From contig JBDRBN010000097.1 of NCBI GenBank assembly GCA_043822785.1, positions 1-31,007 of the forward strand: a stretch of 31,007 nt of DNA, given 5' to 3'. This DNA comes from Pseudomonadota bacterium. GTDB lineage: Bacteria > UBA10199 > 2-02-FULL-44-16 > JAAZCA01. Below the pieces are notes generated by a model that was not told the origin of the DNA, ran no database searches, and worked only from the letters and a program-made list of their open reading frames with translations. The position numbers and the translations under genes are program-made. Shown here piece after piece: positions 7,763-16,421 of the stretch. How positions within the stretch are numbered: position 1 is the stretch's first letter; each line of letters opens with the position of its first letter.

Positions 7763-8443
7763 ATGAAGAGATTTATTGTTGTATGCTCTTTTTTTCTCAT
7801 GATAGGACTTGTCGCCTGCGGTAGCACCAGCTCTTCGTCTACCGACGATGCTACGCTCACAGATGCCGATGTACAAAACGTGGGCGCAGCGCTTTACAAC
7901 TCTCAGAGCACAACGTTCACGGATATCATGAATCAGTTCGGAACCGATTCTGCGGCTACATCGGCGGCCCTCGGTCTTGCCAAGACGACCAGGAGCGGGA
8001 TTATCAATATCAACAGGGTTGACAACTGCCAGGTGTCGGGCCACATCACGTCCACCGGAGACTTCAATTGGTCGTACAGCTATCCAGATTATCCGGCCAC
8101 AACCCCCGAGCCCAGCGCCTATATCAGGGGCCAACTCATGCAGCAGGTCAGCGACCCGACCAACAACCTCTACGATTGCGAGCAGTCAAACGACCTCATC
8201 CTCGATGGGACGATCTATTCCCAGTTGACGTACGACTGGACGCAGTCCGGGGGTGGCCAGTTGGTGTTGTCGACCGACGGAACGATCGGCCTCAACCGAA
8301 GGGGGCCGACGGGCGGCCTCGTGATGATCGCAAGCGACTGTTCCATATTCTTTACCGTCACCATCAACGTGTCACCTGCGGGCGCGACCTCCGGCAGCGC
8401 CAGCGGTACGATCTGCGGCGAGAGCTATTATTACTCGTTTTGA
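7763..8443 (+). CDS. Hypothetical lipoprotein
   Basis: GAGGAGG RBS, ATG at 7763, lipobox GLVAC, Ser-rich linker. Confidence 0.8.
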   Translation: MKRFIVVCSFFLMIGLVACGSTSSSSTDDATLTDADVQNVGAALYNSQSTTFTDIMNQFGTDSAATSAALGLAKTTRSGIININRVDNCQVSGHITSTGDFNWSYSYPDYPATTPEPSAYIRGQLMQQVSDPTNNLYDCEQSNDLILDGTIYSQLTYDWTQSGGGQLVLSTDGTIGLNRRGPTGGLVMIASDCSIFFTVTINVSPAGATSGSASGTICGESYYYSF

Positions 8444-8476
8444 TTGACTGATTACAATTATCCGCAAATGCGCTCA

Positions 8477-8520
8477 TACCCCAAAAGCCCCTGTGGAAAC
8501 AGGGGCCTTTATTTTGGCAG
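8477..8520 (+). terminator. Half att site (TACCCCA) plus GC hairpin terminator
   Basis: gcccctgt-ggaa-acaggggc followed by ctttatttt; resembles the arm downstream of site B. Confidence 0.6.
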
Positions 8521-8602
8521 AAGGGACAAATCCCACACAGAGCAACCTCTCAATATTCCTTCTTTCTCCCTGGCTGACGCCAGTGCCATTTCCGCGCATG
8601 CA

Positions 8603-8631
8603 GTTCTAAAATCATCCACCCAGCTACCCCA
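8603..8631 (+). repeat. att-like site F
   Basis: GTTCTAAAAT-N9-AGCTACCCCA; minus strand reads WGSWVDDFRTACAEM. Confidence 0.75.
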
Positions 8632-8744
8632 ACAAACAACCGCCTTAGAGGTCAGAAGGAAGTGACAACTGGTAGAACCCTCGTTCTGATTCAATCGGGA
8701 CACAGGTTTTCAGTTTATAGGGCCAGAAGAATAGCTGCCTTGAC

Positions 8745-9326
8745 TTAACGCACCAGCGCCTTAAATGAAGCAAGCACTGATTTATAAGCCTTCAGGTTGG
8801 CCTTGGAAGTTTCCATGGGGGAATAGAGGCTCAGCACGTAAAAGCCTGCCTTTGCCGGTACGACGGCGAACTTTTCGTACACCGGGATTTTTTTCTGGTC
8901 TATGGATTCCGGCGGGATGTACTCGAAGGTGTTACACTCAAAGACCTTGGCGTGATACTTGCCGACGAGTCCTTTTTTCACAGGGCTGTAATACCGGCCG
9001 TCATCGGTGGCGCCGAGTACCGGTTCAGAGTGCGTTCTTATGAATTTATCCGCGGTCTTGTGAAGCAAGTTGCCCTGTGCGTAGTAATGCACCGATATCC
9101 TGGGTGCAAGCCCGTCGCTGTCGCTCGCTGCCAGGAAATTGGCACCATAGACTTTCTTCTTTTCCTGGGACAACCCGAACGCCACATCCGCTTTCAACCA
9201 GCCAGCCGGTATTTCTACTGTAAAATACCCCTTCTCAATATACGTCATCGCAGGTCCCACTCCGGCCTCCTGGGCCGAAGCGACTGCCGCAAACAACAGA
9301 ACCACTGAGAGAAATATTATCTTCAT
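8745..9326 (-). CDS. Hypothetical secreted protein
   Basis: Likely start MKIIFLSVVLLFAAVASA at 9326 overlapping the upstream stop (ATGA); signal peptide. Confidence 0.75.
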   Translation of the reverse strand: MKIIFLSVVLLFAAVASAQEAGVGPAMTYIEKGYFTVEIPAGWLKADVAFGLSQEKKKVYGANFLAASDSDGLAPRISVHYYAQGNLLHKTADKFIRTHSEPVLGATDDGRYYSPVKKGLVGKYHAKVFECNTFEYIPPESIDQKKIPVYEKFAVVPAKAGFYVLSLYSPMETSKANLKAYKSVLASFKALVR

Positions 9327-10618
9327 CTTCGCTTGAGCACCTGGCCGACCTTCCAGCCTGAAGCGAGTTTCTTCGCCTCGGCCAGCTCTGCGGGGGTCAA
9401 TTCCTTTTCGATGAATTCGAGGTCTTCGTTGGCGCTTGGTTTTCCCCGCGTAGTCGACAATTGAATCCAAGCGTAGGCCAGGACCTTATCTTTTGGCACT
9501 TCATTGCCCGAAAAAAACAGCGAGCCAAGATGATGCTGTGCTTCTGCAAGACCTCGTTCGGCCGACTTCTGCAACAACTCGATCCCCTTTGCTGTATCCT
9601 TGGTAACGCCCTCGCCCTTCAAATATGCCATGCCGAGATAATATTGCCCCAGCGTGCCGCCCAGATCAGCCGCCCTCTTGTACCACTCCGCCGCCCTGGC
9701 AAAGTCCTGGGGAACGCCATCGCCCATCTCGTACATGATCCCGAGGTTGACATGTGCCGTATCTTCGCCGTGTTCGGCCGCTCTCTGATAAAGTTCCACG
9801 GCCTTGGAGATGTCCTTGGGGACGCCTTTGCCGAACCGGTACATCCCCGCAAGGTTAACCTGCGCTGCGGGAAACCCCTGCTCTGCGGCCTTCCGATAGA
9901 GCTCGAATGCCTTTGATGCGCTTTTGGGAACGCGATCCCCTGTCTCGTACAGGCTGGCAAGGCCGGTCTGCGCTGGGGCATAGCCCTGCGCAGCCGATTT
10001 CTGGAGCAACTCGAGGGCCTTTGCCGGATCCTGCGGAACGCCGTCGCCCATCTCGAACATCAGGGCAAGGGTGAACTGTGCGGCGGCGTCGCCCTGCGCT
10101 CCGGCTTTCTGCTGCCACTCCACATCCTTCGGTGCATATGCCGGAGGTTCGACTGCCTTCTTCACATCGGACATCACTACAAGGGCATTTCTGCCATAGT
10201 CCAAGGCCCATGGCCCGAGCTTCTTCAAGAAACTCTGGCCCAGCAAGAGAGGGGCGTTTCCGGGGCAGGCGCTCCCCTTCACGTCGAACACTTCACGCCC
10301 TCCGATGCGGACGGAGCGGAGCACGAGCGATCGACACTTTAGGGATGAGCCATCCGCCAAAGTATATATTTCCGAACCCTTGAAATCACTCTCCGACATG
10401 ACGCCCGTGCCTAGAAGCTTGCTCGTGATGCCGTCAGACAATCCAACATCGGCTGCCCCTGTGTCGATCATGAAGTCCATCGTCAACGAGTTATTCAACC
10501 TCACGGGCACCGTGTACACGCCCCCGATGCTCCTCAGTTTGATATCTTCGGAGAACGCGGGCCTGATGATGCAGATGGAGAGGATGAGAAGAGAAACAAT
10601 GCTCAATGATATTTTCAT
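9323..10618 (-). CDS. Retropepsin-like aspartic protease fused to SEL1-like repeats
   Basis: Signal peptide; FMIDTGA and LLGQSFL motifs; about 6 AQxxLxxxYxxGxGVxxD repeats. Confidence 0.9.
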   Translation of the reverse strand: MKISLSIVSLLILSICIIRPAFSEDIKLRSIGGVYTVPVRLNNSLTMDFMIDTGAADVGLSDGITSKLLGTGVMSESDFKGSEIYTLADGSSLKCRSLVLRSVRIGGREVFDVKGSACPGNAPLLLGQSFLKKLGPWALDYGRNALVVMSDVKKAVEPPAYAPKDVEWQQKAGAQGDAAAQFTLALMFEMGDGVPQDPAKALELLQKSAAQGYAPAQTGLASLYETGDRVPKSASKAFELYRKAAEQGFPAAQVNLAGMYRFGKGVPKDISKAVELYQRAAEHGEDTAHVNLGIMYEMGDGVPQDFARAAEWYKRAADLGGTLGQYYLGMAYLKGEGVTKDTAKGIELLQKSAERGLAEAQHHLGSLFFSGNEVPKDKVLAYAWIQLSTTRGKPSANEDLEFIEKELTPAELAEAKKLASGWKVGQVLKRR

Positions 10619-10940
10619 TTAAGACCCCTTATGCCTCATGAACAACTGCTCTGGCTATCATCGACTTCAGCATTAGCTTGAAAGGCGGCGGTAGTCAATT
10701 GGCCCGATTGGGAAAAGGGGATCAGAAAAACCATCAGAGAAAAACCATCAGACAGAGGACACGTTCAAGGGCAGCATAACCGGAAGCTATGACGATAACG
10801 TGACTATGAGAATGCTATTGAACTTCAGCCTTCTACAAATTAAGAAGTATAAAGGAATAACTTCTGATGATGATTCTTGTCTACGACGAGGCGGAGTTCA
10901 AGAACAGCCAGACCACGGAAAATTATAAGAAGGCCTTAAT

Positions 10941-11807
10941 ATGCCACGTTTAATAGACTACCTGCGATCGCTTAAGCTCTCAAACCGAGAAGCGCATGAT
11001 CTTCTTGATACGGGCAAGATCATGTACTGCGGTGTCCCGACCGGAGATGCGGGACGGGAGATCGACGCCTCGCTCGTGGTCGTAGAGCGCAACGCGCCGC
11101 GTATTCGCCCGGGTCGCGACCTCGCCATCATCCACCGCGATCAACACATGGTCGTGGTGTACAAACCGTCGGGAATGCTGTCGGTTCACGTGCCTGGCCG
11201 ACGCGATGTGAAAAGTGTCATCGGTGTGGTTCGACATCTACTTGGTACGGCCTTTCCCGTGCATCGTCTCGACGAGTCCACCTCGGGCTTAATGATGGTG
11301 GCGCTTAATGAGAAGTGTCAGCAATTGATCAAGGATATCCTGTTCAAACATCAAGTGGATCGTGGCTATCTGGCGCTGGTCGCAGGATTATTCCCGAACA
11401 AGCCTTGCACTGTGAGAACCCAACTGGTGCGCAACCGAGGCGATGGCCTTCGCGGGAGTAGCAAAGATGAGGACGAAGACGGCGCTCTGGAAGCGGTTAC
11501 GCATCTGCGACTGCGCGAACACCTTGGCAAAAACGCTTCGCTTGTCGAGGCGCGTCTGGAAACCGGCCGAACCCATCAAGTTCGCATCCACTTGAGCGAA
11601 AAGCGCTTCCCGATACTCGGCGACGATCTGTACGCGCCGCCCAGCGCCATGCGGGCCTCGCCGCGCCTTGCTCTGCACGCCTTCAAACTTGGATTCAAGC
11701 ACCCGGTCACCGGCAAGGAGTTGACGTTCGAGGTGCCCTTGGCCGATGACCTTGAAGTCCTGCGTCGTCGTCTTCTACGGCAGTCGTCCGTCTCTCTGAT
11801 TGGATGA
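10941..11807 (+). CDS. RluA-family pseudouridine synthase
   Basis: VYKPSGMLS, VHRLDESTSG, LETGRTHQVRIH, PILGDDLY, LHA motifs. Confidence 0.93.
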   Translation: MPRLIDYLRSLKLSNREAHDLLDTGKIMYCGVPTGDAGREIDASLVVVERNAPRIRPGRDLAIIHRDQHMVVVYKPSGMLSVHVPGRRDVKSVIGVVRHLLGTAFPVHRLDESTSGLMMVALNEKCQQLIKDILFKHQVDRGYLALVAGLFPNKPCTVRTQLVRNRGDGLRGSSKDEDEDGALEAVTHLRLREHLGKNASLVEARLETGRTHQVRIHLSEKRFPILGDDLYAPPSAMRASPRLALHAFKLGFKHPVTGKELTFEVPLADDLEVLRRRLLRQSSVSLIG

Positions 11808-11817
11808 TGTTTCGCGT

Positions 11818-12342
11818 TTATCTGGACAACTTAAATCTTTCTGTGGGATCAAAGCCCAGTTCCTTGCAATAGACGTGGTTGATGGCGGCGAGAGTGCTAA
11901 GGACAAGATCGAGGTTGATGATATACTCGGCTTTTATTTTTTTTAGTGAGCTATCTTTGGTGAAATTTTTATTACAGCAGGTGAGGACACCCTTGTCGGA
12001 AGTTATCCTATTAGAAATCTCATCTACATTGGGTAGAGGATCTTCCTGCGGACCAAAGAGGATCGGCGCACCCCACAAGCGGCAGACTATCGGCCGGGCA
12101 GGGTAGATACTGCAAAGATCTTCATTGTTTAGGAACGGGCATTTATCTTTCTTTGCCGATGGCTGAAAACTGGCAGCTGAAAGCTTGAGATATTCGCGTA
12201 TATTTTCGTGTTCAATCCGCCAGACGCTGATCCCGCCTACACAGCAATCTGCACAGCCTGGTTTGCAAACAAAATCCCCTGAGTTTTGCCTGCGAACTTT
12301 TTCTATATGTTGATCAATCTTTTGTAATAACCTTTTATACAT
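11818..12342 (-). CDS. YkgJ-family cysteine cluster protein
   Basis: CKPGCADCC ... CPFL...CSIYPARPIVCR. Confidence 0.88.
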   Translation of the reverse strand: MYKRLLQKIDQHIEKVRRQNSGDFVCKPGCADCCVGGISVWRIEHENIREYLKLSAASFQPSAKKDKCPFLNNEDLCSIYPARPIVCRLWGAPILFGPQEDPLPNVDEISNRITSDKGVLTCCNKNFTKDSSLKKIKAEYIINLDLVLSTLAAINHVYCKELGFDPTERFKLSR

Positions 12343-12654
12343 TGTTACCTTTTAAATCATATCACTAGTGTCCGGTTAACTGTTGAATAAATTCAACTGG
12401 TTGTAAAACTCGTTCTTTGAAAACAGAAAACCCAGAAAAACCCAGACGGAGACACACTTACAGACAGCGTGCCGAAGAAGGGTTTAAGTCCCTATTTTCA
12501 TACTTCACTACAGATTCTTAAGGGGATTTTTGAAAGCAGACAGCATTCGCCAATTGTAGGGATATACGCAGTACCAAATATTTATAGATCTCCATAGATC
12601 TATCCCTCAGGTCGACTATATTTGATTGATTATAACGGATTTTCGATGACTTTA

Positions 12655-13371
12655 TTAAGGTGGAGACCGCATATACATCATCCGACGTTGTCTGGCTAAA
12701 TAAGCTAAGCGCTTAGATTGCTGAATGTCCCTGATTTCCTCATATCTCGCCTTCACCCAATCAGGATCGCCAATATATAAAACCCTTGAATAATTCCGCT
12801 TCATTAATCCCTCTTTTTCAATCACTTCCTCTACCATCCTTCGATATTCCGATCGCCGTTCTTCATCAGTATTTCCAAGTGTCAGGTAAGAAGGAGATGT
12901 GGTGATAAGAGGATCTAGCTTACCATACGCATAGAATTGGTAGGAGCTCCACTTATAATGCTTTGGATGAATCCTTCTCTTTGTCCTGGTCGGATTGAGA
13001 TGATTGTAGTTCATGACTCTAATAAGCTCATTGTCTGTCTGGATGATGGGCGATTTGAATCTGTCCATTATCGCCTGGCCTTTGCGCTTGTACTTTTTGT
13101 TTATGGCTTTGGCGAGTTGGGAATTAACAGTTTGCATGAGTCTGGAGATGCCATCAGCGGTGTTGGTTTTACCTGTTAGATGGGGATGGTTATGCATGAG
13201 GCAGTAGGAGTAGAATTCCACACTATAGCGGTCTTTATATTTGAGGAGGAGGTCATAATAGAGCTGTTTTATGGAGTTATCTTTAAGAAACCACTGCTCA
13301 TTATGACATTGCCAGGTGATGTGGAAGACAGCGCCTGGGAATAGGATATCTTGTCTTGCTAGGTATGCCAT
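12655..13371 (-). CDS. REP-associated tyrosine transposase (RAYT / Y1 HUH)
   Basis: FHIT, YCLMHNHPHL (HUH), DRFKSPII, YNHLNP, YKWSSY motifs. Confidence 0.88.
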   Translation of the reverse strand: MAYLARQDILFPGAVFHITWQCHNEQWFLKDNSIKQLYYDLLLKYKDRYSVEFYSYCLMHNHPHLTGKTNTADGISRLMQTVNSQLAKAINKKYKRKGQAIMDRFKSPIIQTDNELIRVMNYNHLNPTRTKRRIHPKHYKWSSYQFYAYGKLDPLITTSPSYLTLGNTDEERRSEYRRMVEEVIEKEGLMKRNYSRVLYIGDPDWVKARYEEIRDIQQSKRLAYLARQRRMMYMRSPP

Positions 13372-13383
13372 GTAGATGGGTTA

Positions 13384-13503
13384 AGCAGGAAGTGTGCCAA
13401 AGCATGGCAATTGATTGGTGTGAGTTATTTGCTAATGATTACGGACAATTGAAGGATTGAGGCTATGAGACAGAATTCATGGAACTGTAGCGTTTCGCTA
13501 CAG
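13384..13503 (-). promoter_or_regulatory. Putative sigma54 promoter and enhancer of RAYT
   Basis: Minus strand TGGCAC-ACTTC-CTGCT (13399-13384); palindrome CTGTAGCGAAACGCTACAG (13503-13485) about 97 bp upstream. Confidence 0.62.
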
Positions 13504-13555
13504 CCTGCTGCAAAATATGATCTCCGTCTGGGTAATCTGGGTAATTCTGTTTTCA

Positions 13556-13850
13556 GGACTTTACCGGGAAAGATAGGGCAGGACTTGTGCGCACGGTCAC
13601 AGACCGTGACCACGACATCGAACTCAATGCCGCCGAGATCCCCAATCGTTTTGGAGCGCTGCGCCGAGATATCCACGCCCGCCTCGGCCATGACGCGCAC
13701 TGCGCGAGGATTCAGGCCGTGCGCCTCGATCCCGGCAGAATACGCTTCCACAATGTCGCCTAGGAGATGCCTGGCCCACCCCTCGGCCATCTGGCTCCGG
13801 CAGGAGTTGCCGGTGCAAAGGAAGAGAACTCTTATCTTATGATTAATCAT
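13556..13850 (-). pseudogene. arsC: Truncated arsenate reductase ArsC (LMW-PTP family)
   Basis: [15 protein letters not shown] and VVTVCD...SCPIFPG motifs. Homology stops at PGKV, exactly at the RAYT element end; the xxDP segment and last helix are missing. Confidence 0.82.
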
Positions 13851-13887
13851 CGTCGCTCAATCCCCAAAGACACCTTGTCGATGGATA

Positions 13888-14574
13888 TCACGGCAGAAAT
13901 ATGTACACGATCGCCAGATATATCCCCACGCCGATGAAGATCACGCCAGTGGCCCTGCGCAGCCACACCTCGACTCTCGAAACCTTGTGAAACGCCTTTC
14001 CCACCCAGTGCGCGCCAAAGGCCAAAAGGACCGCAAAGGCAAGCACAGGGAGCGCGGTGCCCACGCCATAGACAAACGGCACGGCAAATATGGAATCATG
14101 TCTTGTAGCCAAGGGCAAAAGCCCCCCGAAGAAGAGCACCGCGGAGACCGGGCAGAACGAGACGGCGAAGACTATGCCCAGTGGCAGCGTGCCCATTATG
14201 CCCATCCTGTCGATTCGCTCCTGCGTGCCTGCGCCCATGCTGCGGCCTTTGAAGTCGATCGTGATAAGATCCAGCAAAAACATGCCAGCTATGATGAGCA
14301 GAGGCCCAAGAATTTTGTTGAGATGCTGCTGCAAAAAATACGAAACCGACGGGATCGAGAGCGCGCCCTTGACGAGGACCGCCGCCAAAACAACGTATGT
14401 GACGACCCTGCCTGTGGCATAGAGCAGACCCGTGAGGAGCACGTACTTCGGGTGCTCCGCTTTGCGGCCGATATATGAAATCGCCGCGATGTTGGTTGCA
14501 AGAGGACAGGGGCTGATCGATGTGAGGATGCCAAGCCACAGGGCGGTGCCCAAAGACAAAAGAAGTGTGCTCAT
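13888..14574 (-). CDS. ArsG-like / CcdA-DsbD-type membrane protein
   Basis: LGILTSISPCPLATNIAAISY and AVSFCPVSAVLFFG motifs. Confidence 0.85.
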   Translation of the reverse strand: MSTLLLSLGTALWLGILTSISPCPLATNIAAISYIGRKAEHPKYVLLTGLLYATGRVVTYVVLAAVLVKGALSIPSVSYFLQQHLNKILGPLLIIAGMFLLDLITIDFKGRSMGAGTQERIDRMGIMGTLPLGIVFAVSFCPVSAVLFFGGLLPLATRHDSIFAVPFVYGVGTALPVLAFAVLLAFGAHWVGKAFHKVSRVEVWLRRATGVIFIGVGIYLAIVYIFLP

Positions 14575-15056
14575 CGCTGCCTCCCTCCATTGATGAAATT
14601 CAGGACCTCGTTCTTCACATATTCCTTGAATGCCGGCTCATCTCTCACGAGCCTCCACACGAGATCAAGCTTCTTCGATCTCTCCACTTCATCACTTCGC
14701 ATCTCGGCGATGACCGCGGTGCTGGAGACGAGGCCGAAGTCCTTTATGAAGTGGCGGTTCTCGGGCTCTTCCACGTTGACCGGGCGCCATTCGAAGGCGC
14801 CGCTCGCGAGTCCTCCGGCGAAGTCGGCCTTCGCCTCTTCCGCCAGATATTTTTCGATAGCGCGACATGTGAAACATCGCCGATAGCCGTGGAAGTAGAA
14901 GAGAACGAACCTCTCAGCCGCAACTTTCGTGACGGACGACGGCGGCGCTTCGGCGCTCCTGAACGTATCGAAGCCGTACTCCTTCGCGATGAGAAAGGTT
15001 ACGCTCCCCACCACGAAGATGAGAAGCACGATGCGAATAACCGATTTCAAGGGCAT
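14571..15056 (-). CDS. ArsF-like periplasmic thioredoxin-fold protein
   Basis: YFHGYRRCFTCRAIE motif, N-terminal TM, adjacent to the ArsG-like gene. Confidence 0.82.
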   Translation of the reverse strand: MPLKSVIRIVLLIFVVGSVTFLIAKEYGFDTFRSAEAPPSSVTKVAAERFVLFYFHGYRRCFTCRAIEKYLAEEAKADFAGGLASGAFEWRPVNVEEPENRHFIKDFGLVSSTAVIAEMRSDEVERSKKLDLVWRLVRDEPAFKEYVKNEVLNFINGGRQR

Positions 15057-15065
15057 TGATTCTCC

Positions 15066-15305
15066 TCAGTCTGAAGCAAGCATTTTTGCGATCTCGTCGG
15101 CCGAAGGCACGTTGCCGGATGCCTTCACCTCGCCGTCCACGACAAGCGCCGGCGTCATCATCACGCCGAAGCCCATGATCCGGTCGATCTCGGTGACCTT
15201 CTCCAGGTTATACTCGATGCCGAGTTTTTCTGCCGCGGCCGTCGTGTTCTCGGTAAGTTTTCTGCACTTGGGACAGCCCGTCCCAAGGATCTGAATCTTT
15301 TTCAT
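15066..15305 (-). CDS. MTH895/ArsE-family small thioredoxin
   Basis: IQILGTGCPKC ... GVMMTPALVVDG. Confidence 0.9.
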   Translation of the reverse strand: MKKIQILGTGCPKCRKLTENTTAAAEKLGIEYNLEKVTEIDRIMGFGVMMTPALVVDGEVKASGNVPSADEIAKMLASD

Positions 15306-15334
15306 CGCGTCCTCCTTTGAGCTTTTAAAAACAT

Positions 15335-15694
15335 TCAGGGATTGTCGCTCACCATCTTCTTGATCGCCTCAACGGCTTCCTCCGTCGTCTTGTTGCGGAT
15401 GTCGAGCGCGATGTGTTTCGACTGATCGAACCCGGATGCGTCAAGGGCGTCGCGGAACATCTTCTTCTGCATCAGAGGATCGCATGCGGCGATGTAGAGC
15501 TTGTCGATCTCCTTGTTGGCGAGCAGGATCTTGAGGTATTCGTCGCCGTCCTCCACGCACAGCTGCGGATGGATCGAGACGAAGTCCACGATCTTCTCTT
15601 TCCTTACCGTGTTGATGACCTCGAAGATGTTCATCTTCTGAAAAGACGGGCAGATGCCCTGGCACACGCACAATATCAAACCTTTTTTACTCAT
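15335..15694 (-). CDS. Small Cys-containing protein resembling a heterodisulfide reductase A subdomain
   Basis: Start MSKKGLILCVCQG at 15694; HPQLC, AACDP and DIRN motifs. Confidence 0.65.
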   Translation of the reverse strand: MSKKGLILCVCQGICPSFQKMNIFEVINTVRKEKIVDFVSIHPQLCVEDGDEYLKILLANKEIDKLYIAACDPLMQKKMFRDALDASGFDQSKHIALDIRNKTTEEAVEAIKKMVSDNP

Positions 15695-15909
15695 TATTTG
15701 CCCCCCTCTTTGTCCGTTGCAAAAATTATGGCGCTCTGCGCGCAGAGTTTTGCGCAGGCCTTGCAGTGATCGACACATTTCTCGGGATGGGCTACCCGCG
15801 GTTTTCCGTCCGGCCCCAGCTCAAAGACCCCGTTGGGGCAGAAATTGAAACACTCAAGGCAACCCACGCACTTTTTAAGATCAATCGCCGGATACCACTC
15901 CTTTGTCAT
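15694..15909 (-). CDS. 2x[4Fe-4S] ferredoxin
   Basis: CVGCLECFNFCP and CVDHCKACAKLC. Confidence 0.88.
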   Translation of the reverse strand: MTKEWYPAIDLKKCVGCLECFNFCPNGVFELGPDGKPRVAHPEKCVDHCKACAKLCAQSAIIFATDKEGGK

Positions 15910-15934
15910 ACACGCCTCCCGCCGATTGCGTTCC

Positions 15935-16405
15935 TCATGGCGCTATGAACTTGCAGCGTTTGTCCTTGATTATGAGCACCGCGCAATCGGCCTTTCGCGA
16001 TACCTTCTCGGCAGTTGAGCCGAGGAGGGCGTGCTTGATGTTGCTCTCGCCCCTGCTGGCAAGGACGATCAGGTCGATGCACTTGGCCCGCGCATACTTC
16101 ACTATCTCCGCGAATGCGTGCCCCTCCTTGATCAGGGCCTTTGCCAAGAGTTTTTTCGGCACTGTCTTCGCGATAGCGTCGAGATTTTTCCTTTTTTCCG
16201 CGATAAAGGCCGTGTGCACCTGGTCGCACACTTTTTCAAGCGGAGGATGCATCTTGTGGATGCGCTTCATGTGAAAAATATCCTCCTCTACGTGCAGTAG
16301 GTGAACCTTGCCTTTGCAGCAGTCCGCGAGCTTCATTGCCACGTCGAGCGCCTTTTCCGAGAAGTGCGAAAAATCGATCGGCACCAGGATATTGTCGAAT
16401 TTCAT
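15935..16405 (-). CDS. Universal stress protein
   Basis: Start MKFDNILVPIDFS at 16405; DLIVLASRG...LLGSTAEKVSR. Confidence 0.92.
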   Translation of the reverse strand: MKFDNILVPIDFSHFSEKALDVAMKLADCCKGKVHLLHVEEDIFHMKRIHKMHPPLEKVCDQVHTAFIAEKRKNLDAIAKTVPKKLLAKALIKEGHAFAEIVKYARAKCIDLIVLASRGESNIKHALLGSTAEKVSRKADCAVLIIKDKRCKFIAP

Positions 16406-16421
16406 GCATTCCCCCTTTATC

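Larger units (their letters stand above)
12418..13555 (-). mobile_element. RAYT-carrying element with 35-bp imperfect inverted ends
   Basis: tgaaaacagaaaacccagaaaaacccagacggaga (12418-12452) versus reverse complement of 13521-13555, tgaaaacagaattacccagattacccagacggaga. Confidence 0.7.

Noticed and set aside
1407..8631. CRISPR array or classical integron attC array
   Set aside because: Repeats are highly diverged and 0.7-3 kb apart. I saw no cas or intI gene and no RYYYAAC...GTTRRRY attC structure.
12364..12400. ACTAGTGTCCGGTTAAC as a MITE end, plus a small palindrome
   Set aside because: No partner end or TSD found in the window, so it cannot be supported.
13425..13555. ArsC C-terminal tail [15 protein letters not shown]...
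   Set aside because: Read-through into the RAYT end and promoter, not ArsC sequence.
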